Assembly: GCF_000017845.1 (NCBI RefSeq)
Contig: NC_010546.1
Location: 2,250,001 to 2,282,000, forward strand
Origin: Crocosphaera subtropica ATCC 51142
GTDB lineage: Bacteria; Cyanobacteriota; Cyanobacteriia; Cyanobacteriales; Microcystaceae
Reading direction: 5' to 3'
Length of the DNA stretch: 32,000 bases
The translations under genes and the position numbers were made by a program. Of this stretch, positions 1-6,951 are shown in pieces. Numbering within the stretch: position 1 is the first letter of the stretch; every line of letters begins with the position of its first letter. The notes beneath the pieces are model-generated. The model saw only the letters and a program-made list of their open reading frames with translations, searched no databases and was not told the DNA's origin.

Positions 1-24
1 GAAATGGTGAAAAAGTTTCTATGA
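1..24 (+). CDS. 3' end of an ORF entering from the left edge (partial, identity unknown)
   Basis: Frame 1 is open from base 1 (..E M V K K F L) and stops at TGA 22-24. This TGA overlaps ATG 21-23 of the next ORF (cTATGAaa), a typical translational-coupling junction. Only 7 codons are visible. Frame 3 is also open over 3-20, so the next ORF could instead simply extend upstream. Confidence 0.3.
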   Translation, partial: EMVKKFL

Positions 25-695
25 AAGGGTTTGTCCCCACCATTCCCCATCGTAATTATGAGTGTCCCACTATCATGATTATCGGCACCTCCATGTCTGC
101 CGGAAAAACCACATCAGGCCGCATTATTGTCCATCAATTAAAACAGTTAGGGTTGAAAGTTGTTGCAGCTAAATTAACTGGTGCCGGACGTTATCGTGAT
201 GTTTTATCGATGGGTGATGCAGGGGCTGATTTTATTTTTGATTTTGTGGATGTAGGACTTCCTTCTTCCGTTGCCCCCCCTGAAGAATTTAGGGTCTTAG
301 TACGTCAATTATTGAGTATGATGGCAACCAAAAAACCTGATGTGGTTGTGGTTGAAGCCGGTGCTTCTCCTCTCGAACCTTACAATGGTTCTGTGGTCTT
401 AGAAGAACTGAAACCACACATTTGTTTGACGGTTTTGTGTGCATCTGATCCTTATTCTGTGGTGGGTGTTTGTCAGGGATTTGGCTTTTTACCGGATCTG
501 GTTACCGGGATCGCCACTAGCACGTCTTCAGGGGTCGAATTGGTGAAAAAATTAACAGGAATACCCGCTTTAACTTTATCTGAACCTGGTTCTTTAGTGA
601 TTCTTACTCAATTATTAAAAGATAAGCTAGGTTTGACTGGTGAAGTACCCCACCCTACTCCGTTGAGAGTGGGGCTTCCTACCCTCAAGAACTAA
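21..695 (+). CDS. P-loop NTPase of unknown function (GTxSxxGKT-type loop as in dethiobiotin synthetase/CobQ/CbiA; overall pattern also reminiscent of the DUF1611 C-terminal domain)
   Basis: 224-aa ORF with ATG start. It has the P-loop IIGTSMSAGKTTSG, followed by KLTGAGRYRD and DVVVVEAGASPLEPYNG segments. Family assignment is by eye only. Confidence 0.6.
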   Translation: MKGFVPTIPHRNYECPTIMIIGTSMSAGKTTSGRIIVHQLKQLGLKVVAAKLTGAGRYRDVLSMGDAGADFIFDFVDVGLPSSVAPPEEFRVLVRQLLSMMATKKPDVVVVEAGASPLEPYNGSVVLEELKPHICLTVLCASDPYSVVGVCQGFGFLPDLVTGIATSTSSGVELVKKLTGIPALTLSEPGSLVILTQLLKDKLGLTGEVPHPTPLRVGLPTLKN

Positions 696-714
696 CGCTT
701 GTTTAATGTTGAAT

Positions 715-1419
715 TCAACTACCAACAGACGATAAACTTTTCATCGAACCAATTACCGCTTCTGCGACACCGCTAGAAGACGCAGGATTTTGACCCGTAA
801 TTAAATTGCCATCTTGCACTACTTTTGCTTGAAAATCATCGGCGTTGGCATACTTTGCACCCAACTCTTTGAGACGACTTTCTAATAAAAAGGGAACCAG
901 TTCATGAAGCCCCACGGTTTCTTCTTCACTGTTACTAAAGCTAGTCAGTTTTTTTCCTGCAACAAAGGGGGTTCCGTCTGCTTTTTTGGCTGATAATAAC
1001 CCGGCTGGACCATGACACACCGCAGCAATAATTTTACCAGCGCAGTCAAATGCTTCGACTAAATTAGCTAATTTTTCATTTTCACAGAGATCCCACATGG
1101 GGCCGTGGCCACCAGGAATAAAAATGGCATCGTAGTCCTCTGCTTTTATTTGTCCTAAAGGAACGGTATTGTTAAAGCGTTTTTGGGCGGTTTCATCTTG
1201 GAAAAAATGACGGGTGTCTTCGGTTTGAGCCTCATCTAAAATGCTTTTATCATCAATAGGAACGTCTCCCCCGTTAGGAGAAGCTAAAGTGACCTCGAAA
1301 CCTGCTTCTAAAAAGCGATAATAGGGGTTCACCGCTTCTTCGAGCCAAACTCCTGTTTCTTGGTCAGTTTCTCCCAGTTGTCTATGGGAAGTCAGCACTA
1401 AAAGAATTTCTGTTGTCAT
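715..1419 (-). CDS. DJ-1/PfpI-family type 1 glutamine amidotransferase-like protein
   Basis: 234 aa. The nucleophile-elbow motif AAVCHGPAGL follows IFIPGGHGPMWDL, and GQNPASS lies near the C-terminus. This is typical of the DJ-1/ThiJ/PfpI class. Confidence 0.85.
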   Translation of the reverse strand: MTTEILLVLTSHRQLGETDQETGVWLEEAVNPYYRFLEAGFEVTLASPNGGDVPIDDKSILDEAQTEDTRHFFQDETAQKRFNNTVPLGQIKAEDYDAIFIPGGHGPMWDLCENEKLANLVEAFDCAGKIIAAVCHGPAGLLSAKKADGTPFVAGKKLTSFSNSEEETVGLHELVPFLLESRLKELGAKYANADDFQAKVVQDGNLITGQNPASSSGVAEAVIGSMKSLSSVGS

Positions 1420-1644
1420 AGGTCTTAATGGGTTGAGAATTAATGAAATATTCGACCCGTTACTGGGTAAAAATATTGTTTAAATTAGGAGTTATTTCCT
1501 AAATTGTTCACACTGTAACATAAGTATCATCTGAGTTTCGCCCCTCTAAAGGAGGAAGAAAGAAAAATCTTGGAGCCCTTGATTAAAATTTGGTTATTAG
1601 TGATTAGTTAGTTTCAAATATTGTTGAGATCAAAATTAGACAAC

Positions 1645-1670
1645 AAAAAATCCCCGTACTGATGACAGGG
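1645..1670 (-). terminator. Rho-independent terminator candidate for the 65-aa ORF
   Basis: The minus-strand RNA reads CCCUGU-CAUCAGU-ACGGGG (6-bp stem including one G-U) followed by A UUUUUU. It lies about 30 nt after the stop at 1701. Confidence 0.55.
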
Positions 1671-1700
1671 ATATAGCAAGAGGAAACCAAATAAACTTGA

Positions 1701-1898
1701 TTAACGTCCTAAAGTTTGAGAATAGGAAACCAGTCCAGCACTGACCACTTGTCCAAAGTTGTTAATGCGATCTTGTTGTCCTACCCGTGTCGGGGCTAAA
1801 AATGTGTCGGTTAAGCCCATAGCTGTAAACATGACGGTAGCTGTGAGAATGATATAGTTGCGAAGGATGACAGTGTTGTTGGTGGTGGTGTTTAACAT
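1701..1898 (-). CDS. small hypothetical membrane protein (65 aa, one hydrophobic span)
   Basis: ATG start preceded by aagaGGAcaagAGGtcaaacca. Hydrophobic segment NYIILTATVMFTAMGL. A terminator-like hairpin lies directly downstream. No family recognised. Confidence 0.5.
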   Translation of the reverse strand: MLNTTTNNTVILRNYIILTATVMFTAMGLTDTFLAPTRVGQQDRINNFGQVVSAGLVSYSQTLGR

Positions 1899-2033
1899 TG
1901 GTTTGACCTCTTGTCCTCTTGTTACCCTTATCTTATGAGGTCATCAGGGGTGATGTCAGTCCCAAAAGTAAGGCATATTGGGGGTTTCGGCTATTTTTAT
2001 AGATGGTATAAAGTGGAAATAAGTAGAAGTGGT

Positions 2034-2303
2034 TTAATGGTTCATGGTAAGCATCCAACTATAGATAACCGTGAGGACGAAAACTAAGCTAATCAAAAGT
2101 TCTGTATTAGTAGATATCCAATGAGACAGACTTTCTGTCAAAAATAGCAAAGTTTCTTTTCTTTTGCGTCCTAGTTGTTTCATTAAGGTTTCTACTTCTC
2201 GATCAACTTCTTCTATAGAGAGTTTTCCTTGTTGATAACGAGACTCAATTTCATCGAGTTGTTGCCAATATTCTTTAGTTGCTTCAAACAGATTGGGAAA
2301 CAT
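2034..2303 (-). CDS. hypothetical protein (89 aa): charged helical N-terminal part plus C-terminal transmembrane segment
   Basis: ATG start. The N-terminus is EIESRYQQGKLSIEEVDREVETLMKQLGRKRKE and the C-terminal hydrophobic stretch is LLISLVFVLTVIYSWML. No family recognised and no clear SD. Confidence 0.45.
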   Translation of the reverse strand: MFPNLFEATKEYWQQLDEIESRYQQGKLSIEEVDREVETLMKQLGRKRKETLLFLTESLSHWISTNTELLISLVFVLTVIYSWMLTMNH

Positions 2304-2430
2304 AAATGATTATTTCTTAACTCGTCTCAAAGATAGATTAATAAATTACTTTAATAAATAGTGGAAGAGGGAGCTTTTTGCCCCCCCGTTCAGTTATTCA
2401 GAACCTTTGGAAACTGAAAGGGATTGATGA

Positions 2431-2574
2431 TTACATTAAGCCGATTTGGGATAGAATTCCTTGCCCTGTGACGTATTCAGTGATAACGCCAATGACAAAT
2501 CCTAGCATGGCTAAACGACCATTCCAAGCTTCTGCAAATTCGGTAAAGCCTAGTTTTGTTTCTTGGTTATCCAT
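2431..2574 (-). CDS. hli: high-light-inducible protein (Hlip/Scp, one-helix CAB-family protein), 47 aa
   Basis: Hand translation of the minus strand gives MDNQETKLGFTEFAEAWNGRLAMLGFVIGVITEYVTGQGILSQIGLM*. It contains the chlorophyll-binding signature E-x-x-N-G-R-x-A-M-x-G-F. A strong SD (aacGGAGGtcaatctgATG) precedes the start. The gene is below the 60-aa cutoff of the ORF track. Confidence 0.88.
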   Translation of the reverse strand: MDNQETKLGFTEFAEAWNGRLAMLGFVIGVITEYVTGQGILSQIGLM

Positions 2575-2623
2575 CAGATTGACCTCCGTTGATTGGTTTA
2601 ATGTAAAGTTTCATTACTTAAAT

Positions 2624-2641
2624 CATACAAAACTTTACAAA
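2624..2641. promoter_or_regulatory. HLR1-like direct repeat (candidate RpaB binding site) upstream of hli
   Basis: CATACAAA-AC-TTTACAAA compared with the consensus (G/T)TTACA(T/A)(T/A)-NN-(G/T)TTACA(T/A)(T/A). The second half is a perfect match; the first half has 2 mismatches. It lies 50-67 nt upstream of the hli ATG. An extra perfect half-site, TTTACATT, sits on the minus strand at 2600-2607. Confidence 0.5.
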
Positions 2642-2821
2642 GAGGTCACAAGGGGGAAAACCGTACCTACCCGACTACATGAACATTTGAGGGATATGAT
2701 TCGAGCAAAATCTTAAAAAAGTATTAAGAAAATATGATATACTGACACATAACTTTACAATTGGATTAGTAAGATAAAAGCCGTCAGCCACTCAGATATA
2801 AGGCTGGCATATAATAAATCC

Positions 2822-2854
2822 CCCCAAGAGTTATGATTCTTGGGGATAATTTTT
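2822..2854. terminator. strong GC hairpin with flanking T/A tracts (terminator for the carotenoid oxygenase gene and/or for a plus-strand transcript)
   Basis: Perfect 8-bp stem CCCCAAGA (2822-2829) / TCTTGGGG (2838-2845) with an 8-nt loop. On the plus strand it is followed by ATAATTTTT. On the minus strand it is followed by GGATTTATTATAT. It lies about 75 nt downstream of the stop at 2922. Confidence 0.6.
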
Positions 2855-2921
2855 GGATTGCAAATCTTAAAAAAGCGTTCAGGAATCAGTATTATGAAAA
2901 AATCGCTGACAGCTAATTAAA

Positions 2922-4301
2922 TTATTGAGCTAACCACATACCATGAAATCCATAGGGAACCCGTTGAGGAATTTGTATGGTTGCCACAGGAGAAGCGGTA
3001 AAATCTTGAGCATCAATAATCACTAATTCTGAGGTATTTGACCCTTCATCATGAACAAACGTTAGTAACCATCCGTCGTCTTCTTTGTCTGCGTCGGGGT
3101 TAGGAGCAAAAATCGGTTCACCACCGTATTTATGAGAACCAAAATGATGAATATCAAAGCCTCCTTTTTCAAAATCATGTTTAATAATGCCGTTAAATTT
3201 AGGGTTAGAAGACTCTGCCATTTTCCCTGAGTAACCATAACGGCTTTTTCGTCCTGTATATTGTTCATTAATACGAGGAAATTCCGAAGGCAAATCACAC
3301 AAACCTTGTTCTTTAACTTCACCTGTTTTGAGATTAAAACGCCATTCATGAAGACGGGGAATATCGGATTCTTTAGTTTCCTCTCTTACTTCTCCTAATA
3401 CTGTCGTCCCATTCATCCGACAGGCAATTAAAACAATTTCGTCGCCTTCTTCATAAGCATTTAAGGTATGGAAAATATAACAAGAATTACCTTCAAACCA
3501 GCGCACATCGTCATTATTGCCTTGTCTTGGAACAATCCCAAAACGAGAGGGGGTATCATGTTCAAATTGTAAGGGAGATTCTCCTTTTTGCATTCTTTCA
3601 GGGCGAAAGGTCAAAGGAAGATCAAGAAAAATAGTATAGTTTTCGGTAATGGCAAAATCGTGCATCATCACCCCAACGGGTAAGTCAATGGGAACCGTTT
3701 TTAACAAGTCTCCTTGTGGGGAAATAATTCCGTATTGTAAATAGGGAGGTTGAACCATTGAATAGCCGAAAAACATCATTTCCCCCGTCATGGGATCAAT
3801 TTTCGGATGGGCTGTAAAGGGGGACATTAACTTACCCTCAAAATTATCAGGGCCCAGGGTATCTAATTCAGGAACCGTTAAAGCGTGGGGTTCACCCCCT
3901 TCCCACAGTGCCAGGAGACGGTCAGCATGGTACACTAGAGCAGTGTTAGCGGTGTTTTTCGAGGGACCATAGGGGTTGTCCATTTGAGGCGGTTCTAGCA
4001 GCCCTGTCCAAATAGGTTTATTAGCCTCTTTTTCTAAGCAATAGCCACGGGTTTGAATAAAACGGTTACGGTAAGACGCTTTGCCATCTTCTATGTGTAC
4101 CCCGTGAACCATACCATCCCCATCAAACCAATGATACTCACCGATGGGGCTAAATTGGGGGTTAGGGCCATTTCTGAGGAATATTCCCCTTAAATTCTGG
4201 GGAATTTCTCCAGTCACTGTTAAATTATGAGCAGTAATTTCTCGACTAACGGGAGCAAAATTACCTGAAAGATAGGGATTGATTTTGAGGGTTGCAGTCA
4301 T
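2922..4301 (-). CDS. carotenoid cleavage oxygenase family protein (apocarotenoid-15,15'-oxygenase-like)
   Basis: 459 aa. The four iron-ligand His contexts of the CCD/RPE65 family are present: FTAHPKIDP, MMHDFAITENY, YIFHTLNAYEE and PYGFHGMW. The N-terminus NPYLSGNFAPV is typical. Confidence 0.9.
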   Translation of the reverse strand: MTATLKINPYLSGNFAPVSREITAHNLTVTGEIPQNLRGIFLRNGPNPQFSPIGEYHWFDGDGMVHGVHIEDGKASYRNRFIQTRGYCLEKEANKPIWTGLLEPPQMDNPYGPSKNTANTALVYHADRLLALWEGGEPHALTVPELDTLGPDNFEGKLMSPFTAHPKIDPMTGEMMFFGYSMVQPPYLQYGIISPQGDLLKTVPIDLPVGVMMHDFAITENYTIFLDLPLTFRPERMQKGESPLQFEHDTPSRFGIVPRQGNNDDVRWFEGNSCYIFHTLNAYEEGDEIVLIACRMNGTTVLGEVREETKESDIPRLHEWRFNLKTGEVKEQGLCDLPSEFPRINEQYTGRKSRYGYSGKMAESSNPKFNGIIKHDFEKGGFDIHHFGSHKYGGEPIFAPNPDADKEDDGWLLTFVHDEGSNTSELVIIDAQDFTASPVATIQIPQRVPYGFHGMWLAQ

Positions 4302-4325
4302 ATTGAACTTTAATTTTTTTCTTTT

Positions 4326-4346
4326 TAGTTATTAGTTATTAATTAT
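4326..4346. repeat. STRR-like heptanucleotide tandem repeat TAGTTAT x2 + TAATTAT
   Basis: Read directly: tagttat tagttat taattat. It lies inside the 55-bp spacer between the LOG-family gene and the carotenoid oxygenase gene. Confidence 0.8.
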
Positions 4347-4356
4347 AAAGTATAAA

Positions 4357-5421
4357 CTATTTCCATTCTGGATGGGGTTCGATGGGTAAACAAGTACCAA
4401 ATTTATTAATTTGATTGATCATTTGATAAAGTCGTCCAGAATTATGTCGATTGAACTGCAAGGTTAAACGAGGAAGATTAGCCGTTTTATCATCATTTTC
4501 TTGGGGTAATGTCAAACTTTTTTCAATCTTTCCTGTAACTAAAATATCGCTGTATTCTTCATTCAGTTGTTCGACTTGTTCATCCGTTAATTCAGAATTC
4601 AGTCGCAACACTAATAAATTATCAATATAACGACTGGAATGATACACGCAATAAAATTCACGAATGGCATTACAAGCAGTAGCTAAGCTATCCGTAATGG
4701 TATAAAGACTCGAATCTTCTGGACTAATTAAACCCCGTGACAATAGGTTATTATAATTATATTCATGCCAAGTTTTCCAATAGTCTCCGCCAGGTTCATC
4801 AATTAAGACTAAAGGACAAGGGCCATATTTTCCAGTTTGACATAACGTTAAAGTTTCAAAGGCTTCATCTTGGGTTCCAAACCCCCCAGGAAATAAAGCA
4901 ACTGCATCACTTTCTTTTAAAAAGAAAAGTTTACGGGTAAAAAAGTATTTAAACTTAATTAATTTCTCATCACCGGCAATAAAAGGGTTCGTTCCTTGTT
5001 CAAAAGGTAAATCAATATTTAAACCAAAAGAATGCTCTCTTCCTGCCCCTTCGTTTCCTGCTTCCATAATACCCCCTCCTGCCCCTGTGAGTACCATAAA
5101 GCCAAATTGAGTGATATAACGGGCAAATTCTACAGCAAGGCGATATTCTGAACTTTGAGGGGATAAACGGGCTGACCCAAAAATAGTAACTTTACGAATG
5201 TGACGATAGGGATAAAATACCTGAAACCCTTTTTCTAAGTCTTCTAAGGCAGTAGTTAAGATTTTCCAGTCTAAGCGATCAACTTCTTCCCCTGCAATGC
5301 GTAATAAGACTCCTAATGCCCGTTCTATCAATTTACCATGTTCATGTTCAGCTAAGTTGTCGATCAGTTTTTCTATGTCTGAGGAGAGAGAAAATTGTTG
5401 GTTATTGGCAGATAAGGTCAT
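4357..5421 (-). CDS. LOG-family (TIGR00730-type) nucleotide 5'-monophosphate nucleosidase-like protein, long form with N- and C-terminal extensions (PpnN-like architecture)
   Basis: 354 aa. Core LOG motifs are present: VTIFGSAR, TGAGGGIMEAGNEGA and ALFPGGFGTQDEAFE. About 75 aa precede the core and about 90 aa follow it. Confidence 0.8.
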   Translation of the reverse strand: MTLSANNQQFSLSSDIEKLIDNLAEHEHGKLIERALGVLLRIAGEEVDRLDWKILTTALEDLEKGFQVFYPYRHIRKVTIFGSARLSPQSSEYRLAVEFARYITQFGFMVLTGAGGGIMEAGNEGAGREHSFGLNIDLPFEQGTNPFIAGDEKLIKFKYFFTRKLFFLKESDAVALFPGGFGTQDEAFETLTLCQTGKYGPCPLVLIDEPGGDYWKTWHEYNYNNLLSRGLISPEDSSLYTITDSLATACNAIREFYCVYHSSRYIDNLLVLRLNSELTDEQVEQLNEEYSDILVTGKIEKSLTLPQENDDKTANLPRLTLQFNRHNSGRLYQMINQINKFGTCLPIEPHPEWK

Positions 5422-5574
5422 AATTAGGATAATAGAGTCTGTTAGGAGAAAATTATCGATAGATTAAGAAACTGAAAAAGTCTGATTATTTCATAGCATT
5501 GTGTTAAAGACTACTTCTATTTTACCTAAAATTTTGCTACATTATTATCATTATGCCTTAATTTCTGAAAAATT

Positions 5575-5790
5575 ATGATAATTTCTTTAATCAAGCGTTT
5601 TACCATAGGTGCATTGGTTGGTTTAGTATTAGGAGGTTTATCTTGGTATAATAGCAAATTGTTTGGTTATTCAATCCCTTTGATTACAGGGATTGCAGGT
5701 TGTTTACTTCTAAGTATTCTTTGTGGTTTAATCATCGCTAAATGGGGTTACAAAGGGGTAGAATCTTTATTAAATAGTTTTTATGAGTAG
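5575..5790 (+). CDS. small hypothetical membrane protein (71 aa, two hydrophobic spans)
   Basis: ATG start. Hydrophobic spans FTIGALVGLVLGGLSW and LITGIAGCLLLSILCGLIIA. No family recognised. Confidence 0.45.
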   Translation: MIISLIKRFTIGALVGLVLGGLSWYNSKLFGYSIPLITGIAGCLLLSILCGLIIAKWGYKGVESLLNSFYE

Positions 5791-5791
5791 T

Positions 5792-5837
5792 TAAGATTAA
5801 ATGGAGCTTTTTAGACAAGGACTTAAGCTTAATCTTA
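5792..5837. other. 9-bp perfect inverted repeat (TAAGATTAA / TTAATCTTA) forming an AT-rich hairpin after the 71-aa ORF
   Basis: The arms are at 5792-5800 and 5829-5837, with an inner GCTT/AAGC extension. No T-tract follows, so a terminator role is uncertain. Confidence 0.35.
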
Positions 5838-5889
5838 GGTAAAAAAAGCAACTTTATTAAAACCAATCAAAAATAGTTAAATTTTTCAA

Positions 5890-6447
5890 ATGGCATCTCC
5901 TATTGGTCATAGTTTAGCCGGTTGTCTAGGCTTTTTTCTAGGTCACAAAAATTCTCAATTCTTGAAATATTATTCATCAAAAAGATTATTCGTTACTGCC
6001 ATTATTGTTGCTAATTTACCTGATATTGATTTTTTGTTAGGTTATTTATTCTATCAAGATTTTAATGCAATTCATCGTCAGTTTACCCATAGTTTTTTTG
6101 TGGGTTTTGTTGTTTGTATTATTGTCTTTTCTTGTCTGAGATTTTATAAAAAAATACCATTATCTTTTTTGGTTTGGCTATGGGGACTTTATTTTAGTCA
6201 TATTTTATTAGATATGTTAGCTTACGATCGCTATCGCCCTGCTGGTGTACAATGTTTTCTTCCCTTGAGTTCTGATTATTTTGCTTTTCCTATCTCCATT
6301 ATCGGGGGACTTAGTTTTACAGGAGGGATTATCCAATTGAATAATTTTCTAACTATCTTACAGGAAATGGTGGTTATTCCTCTCTTATTTTTTGCTATTT
6401 TCTTTCTTACTAAAACAATTTATCAAAATGTACAAAGTGACAATTGA
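5890..6447 (+). CDS. membrane-bound metal-dependent hydrolase-like protein (YdjM/DUF457 type)
   Basis: 185 aa, polytopic. The His/Asp pattern PIGHSLAG ... LPDIDFLLGY ... HRQFTHSF ... SHILLDML is typical of this family. Confidence 0.65.
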   Translation: MASPIGHSLAGCLGFFLGHKNSQFLKYYSSKRLFVTAIIVANLPDIDFLLGYLFYQDFNAIHRQFTHSFFVGFVVCIIVFSCLRFYKKIPLSFLVWLWGLYFSHILLDMLAYDRYRPAGVQCFLPLSSDYFAFPISIIGGLSFTGGIIQLNNFLTILQEMVVIPLLFFAIFFLTKTIYQNVQSDN

Positions 6448-6904
6448 AATCACTAACTATCAAGAACGAATAGAAGCTATTAAAAAAATCAGAGTGGCGG
6501 TGTTTCAAAAAGAACAAGGGGTTGATCCTGCCTTAGAATTTGATGGAAATGATAATAATTGTATTCACCTTCTAGCTTATTTAGACAAAGAAGCAGTGGG
6601 AACAGCAAGAATTAGATATATTGATGAAAGTACAGCAAAAATTGAACGGTTAGCGGTCTTATCTCAAACCAGAGGTCAAGGAATAGGGAAAGCCTTAATG
6701 AAACAAGCCATCGCCTTTATTCAAGAACAAAAACATTGCCAAAAAATTGTCATTCATGCTCAAGTTTATATTCAAAGTCTATACGAAAAATTAGGCTTTG
6801 AACCCGTAGGCGATCGCTTTAAAGAAGCAGAAATTCTTCATATTAAAATGGTTAAGTTATTAGGGAACAGGGAACAGGGAACCAAGAAACGACACAATGG
6901 ATAA
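6428..6904 (+). CDS. GNAT-family N-acetyltransferase
   Basis: Acetyl-CoA motif A is present: LAVLSQTRGQGIGKALM. I prefer ATG 6428 (MYKVTIEITNYQ), giving about 158 aa, over the TTG at 6392 used by the ORF track. It overlaps the preceding gene by 20 nt. The last roughly 13 codons are encoded by or follow a heptamer repeat. Confidence 0.8.
   Translation: MYKVTIEITNYQERIEAIKKIRVAVFQKEQGVDPALEFDGNDNNCIHLLAYLDKEAVGTARIRYIDESTAKIERLAVLSQTRGQGIGKALMKQAIAFIQEQKHCQKIVIHAQVYIQSLYEKLGFEPVGDRFKEAEILHIKMVKLLGNREQGTKKRHNG
6863..6883. repeat. STRR-like heptanucleotide tandem repeat GGGAACA x2 + GGGAACC
   Basis: Read directly: gggaaca gggaaca gggaacc, preceded by aagttatta. It lies inside the 3' end of the GNAT ORF. 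Confidence 0.8.
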
Positions 6905-6951
6905 CTAATTATTTAATATAATGAAAATTATTATAAATAAACGTTTAATCA

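Noticed and set aside
2378-2716. 112-aa plus-strand ORF from the track
   Set aside because: It starts at TTG and has no recognisable motifs. It lies exactly antisense to a textbook Hlip gene that has a strong SD, so I treat it as a shadow ORF.
2842-2854. 13-nt identity GGGGATAATTTTT shared by 2842-2854 and 25006-25018, first read as a dispersed repeat family
   Set aside because: With about 32 kb compared against itself on both strands, tens of chance 13-mer matches are expected, and more in AT-rich DNA. The hairpin arms and loops differ, so I treat these as two independent terminator-like hairpins.
3062-3349. Nested ORFs inside the carotenoid oxygenase and LOG genes (3062-3349, 3790-3972, 4737-4940)
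   Set aside because: They lie in alternative frames or antisense within ORFs that have clear family motifs. They have no independent start context.
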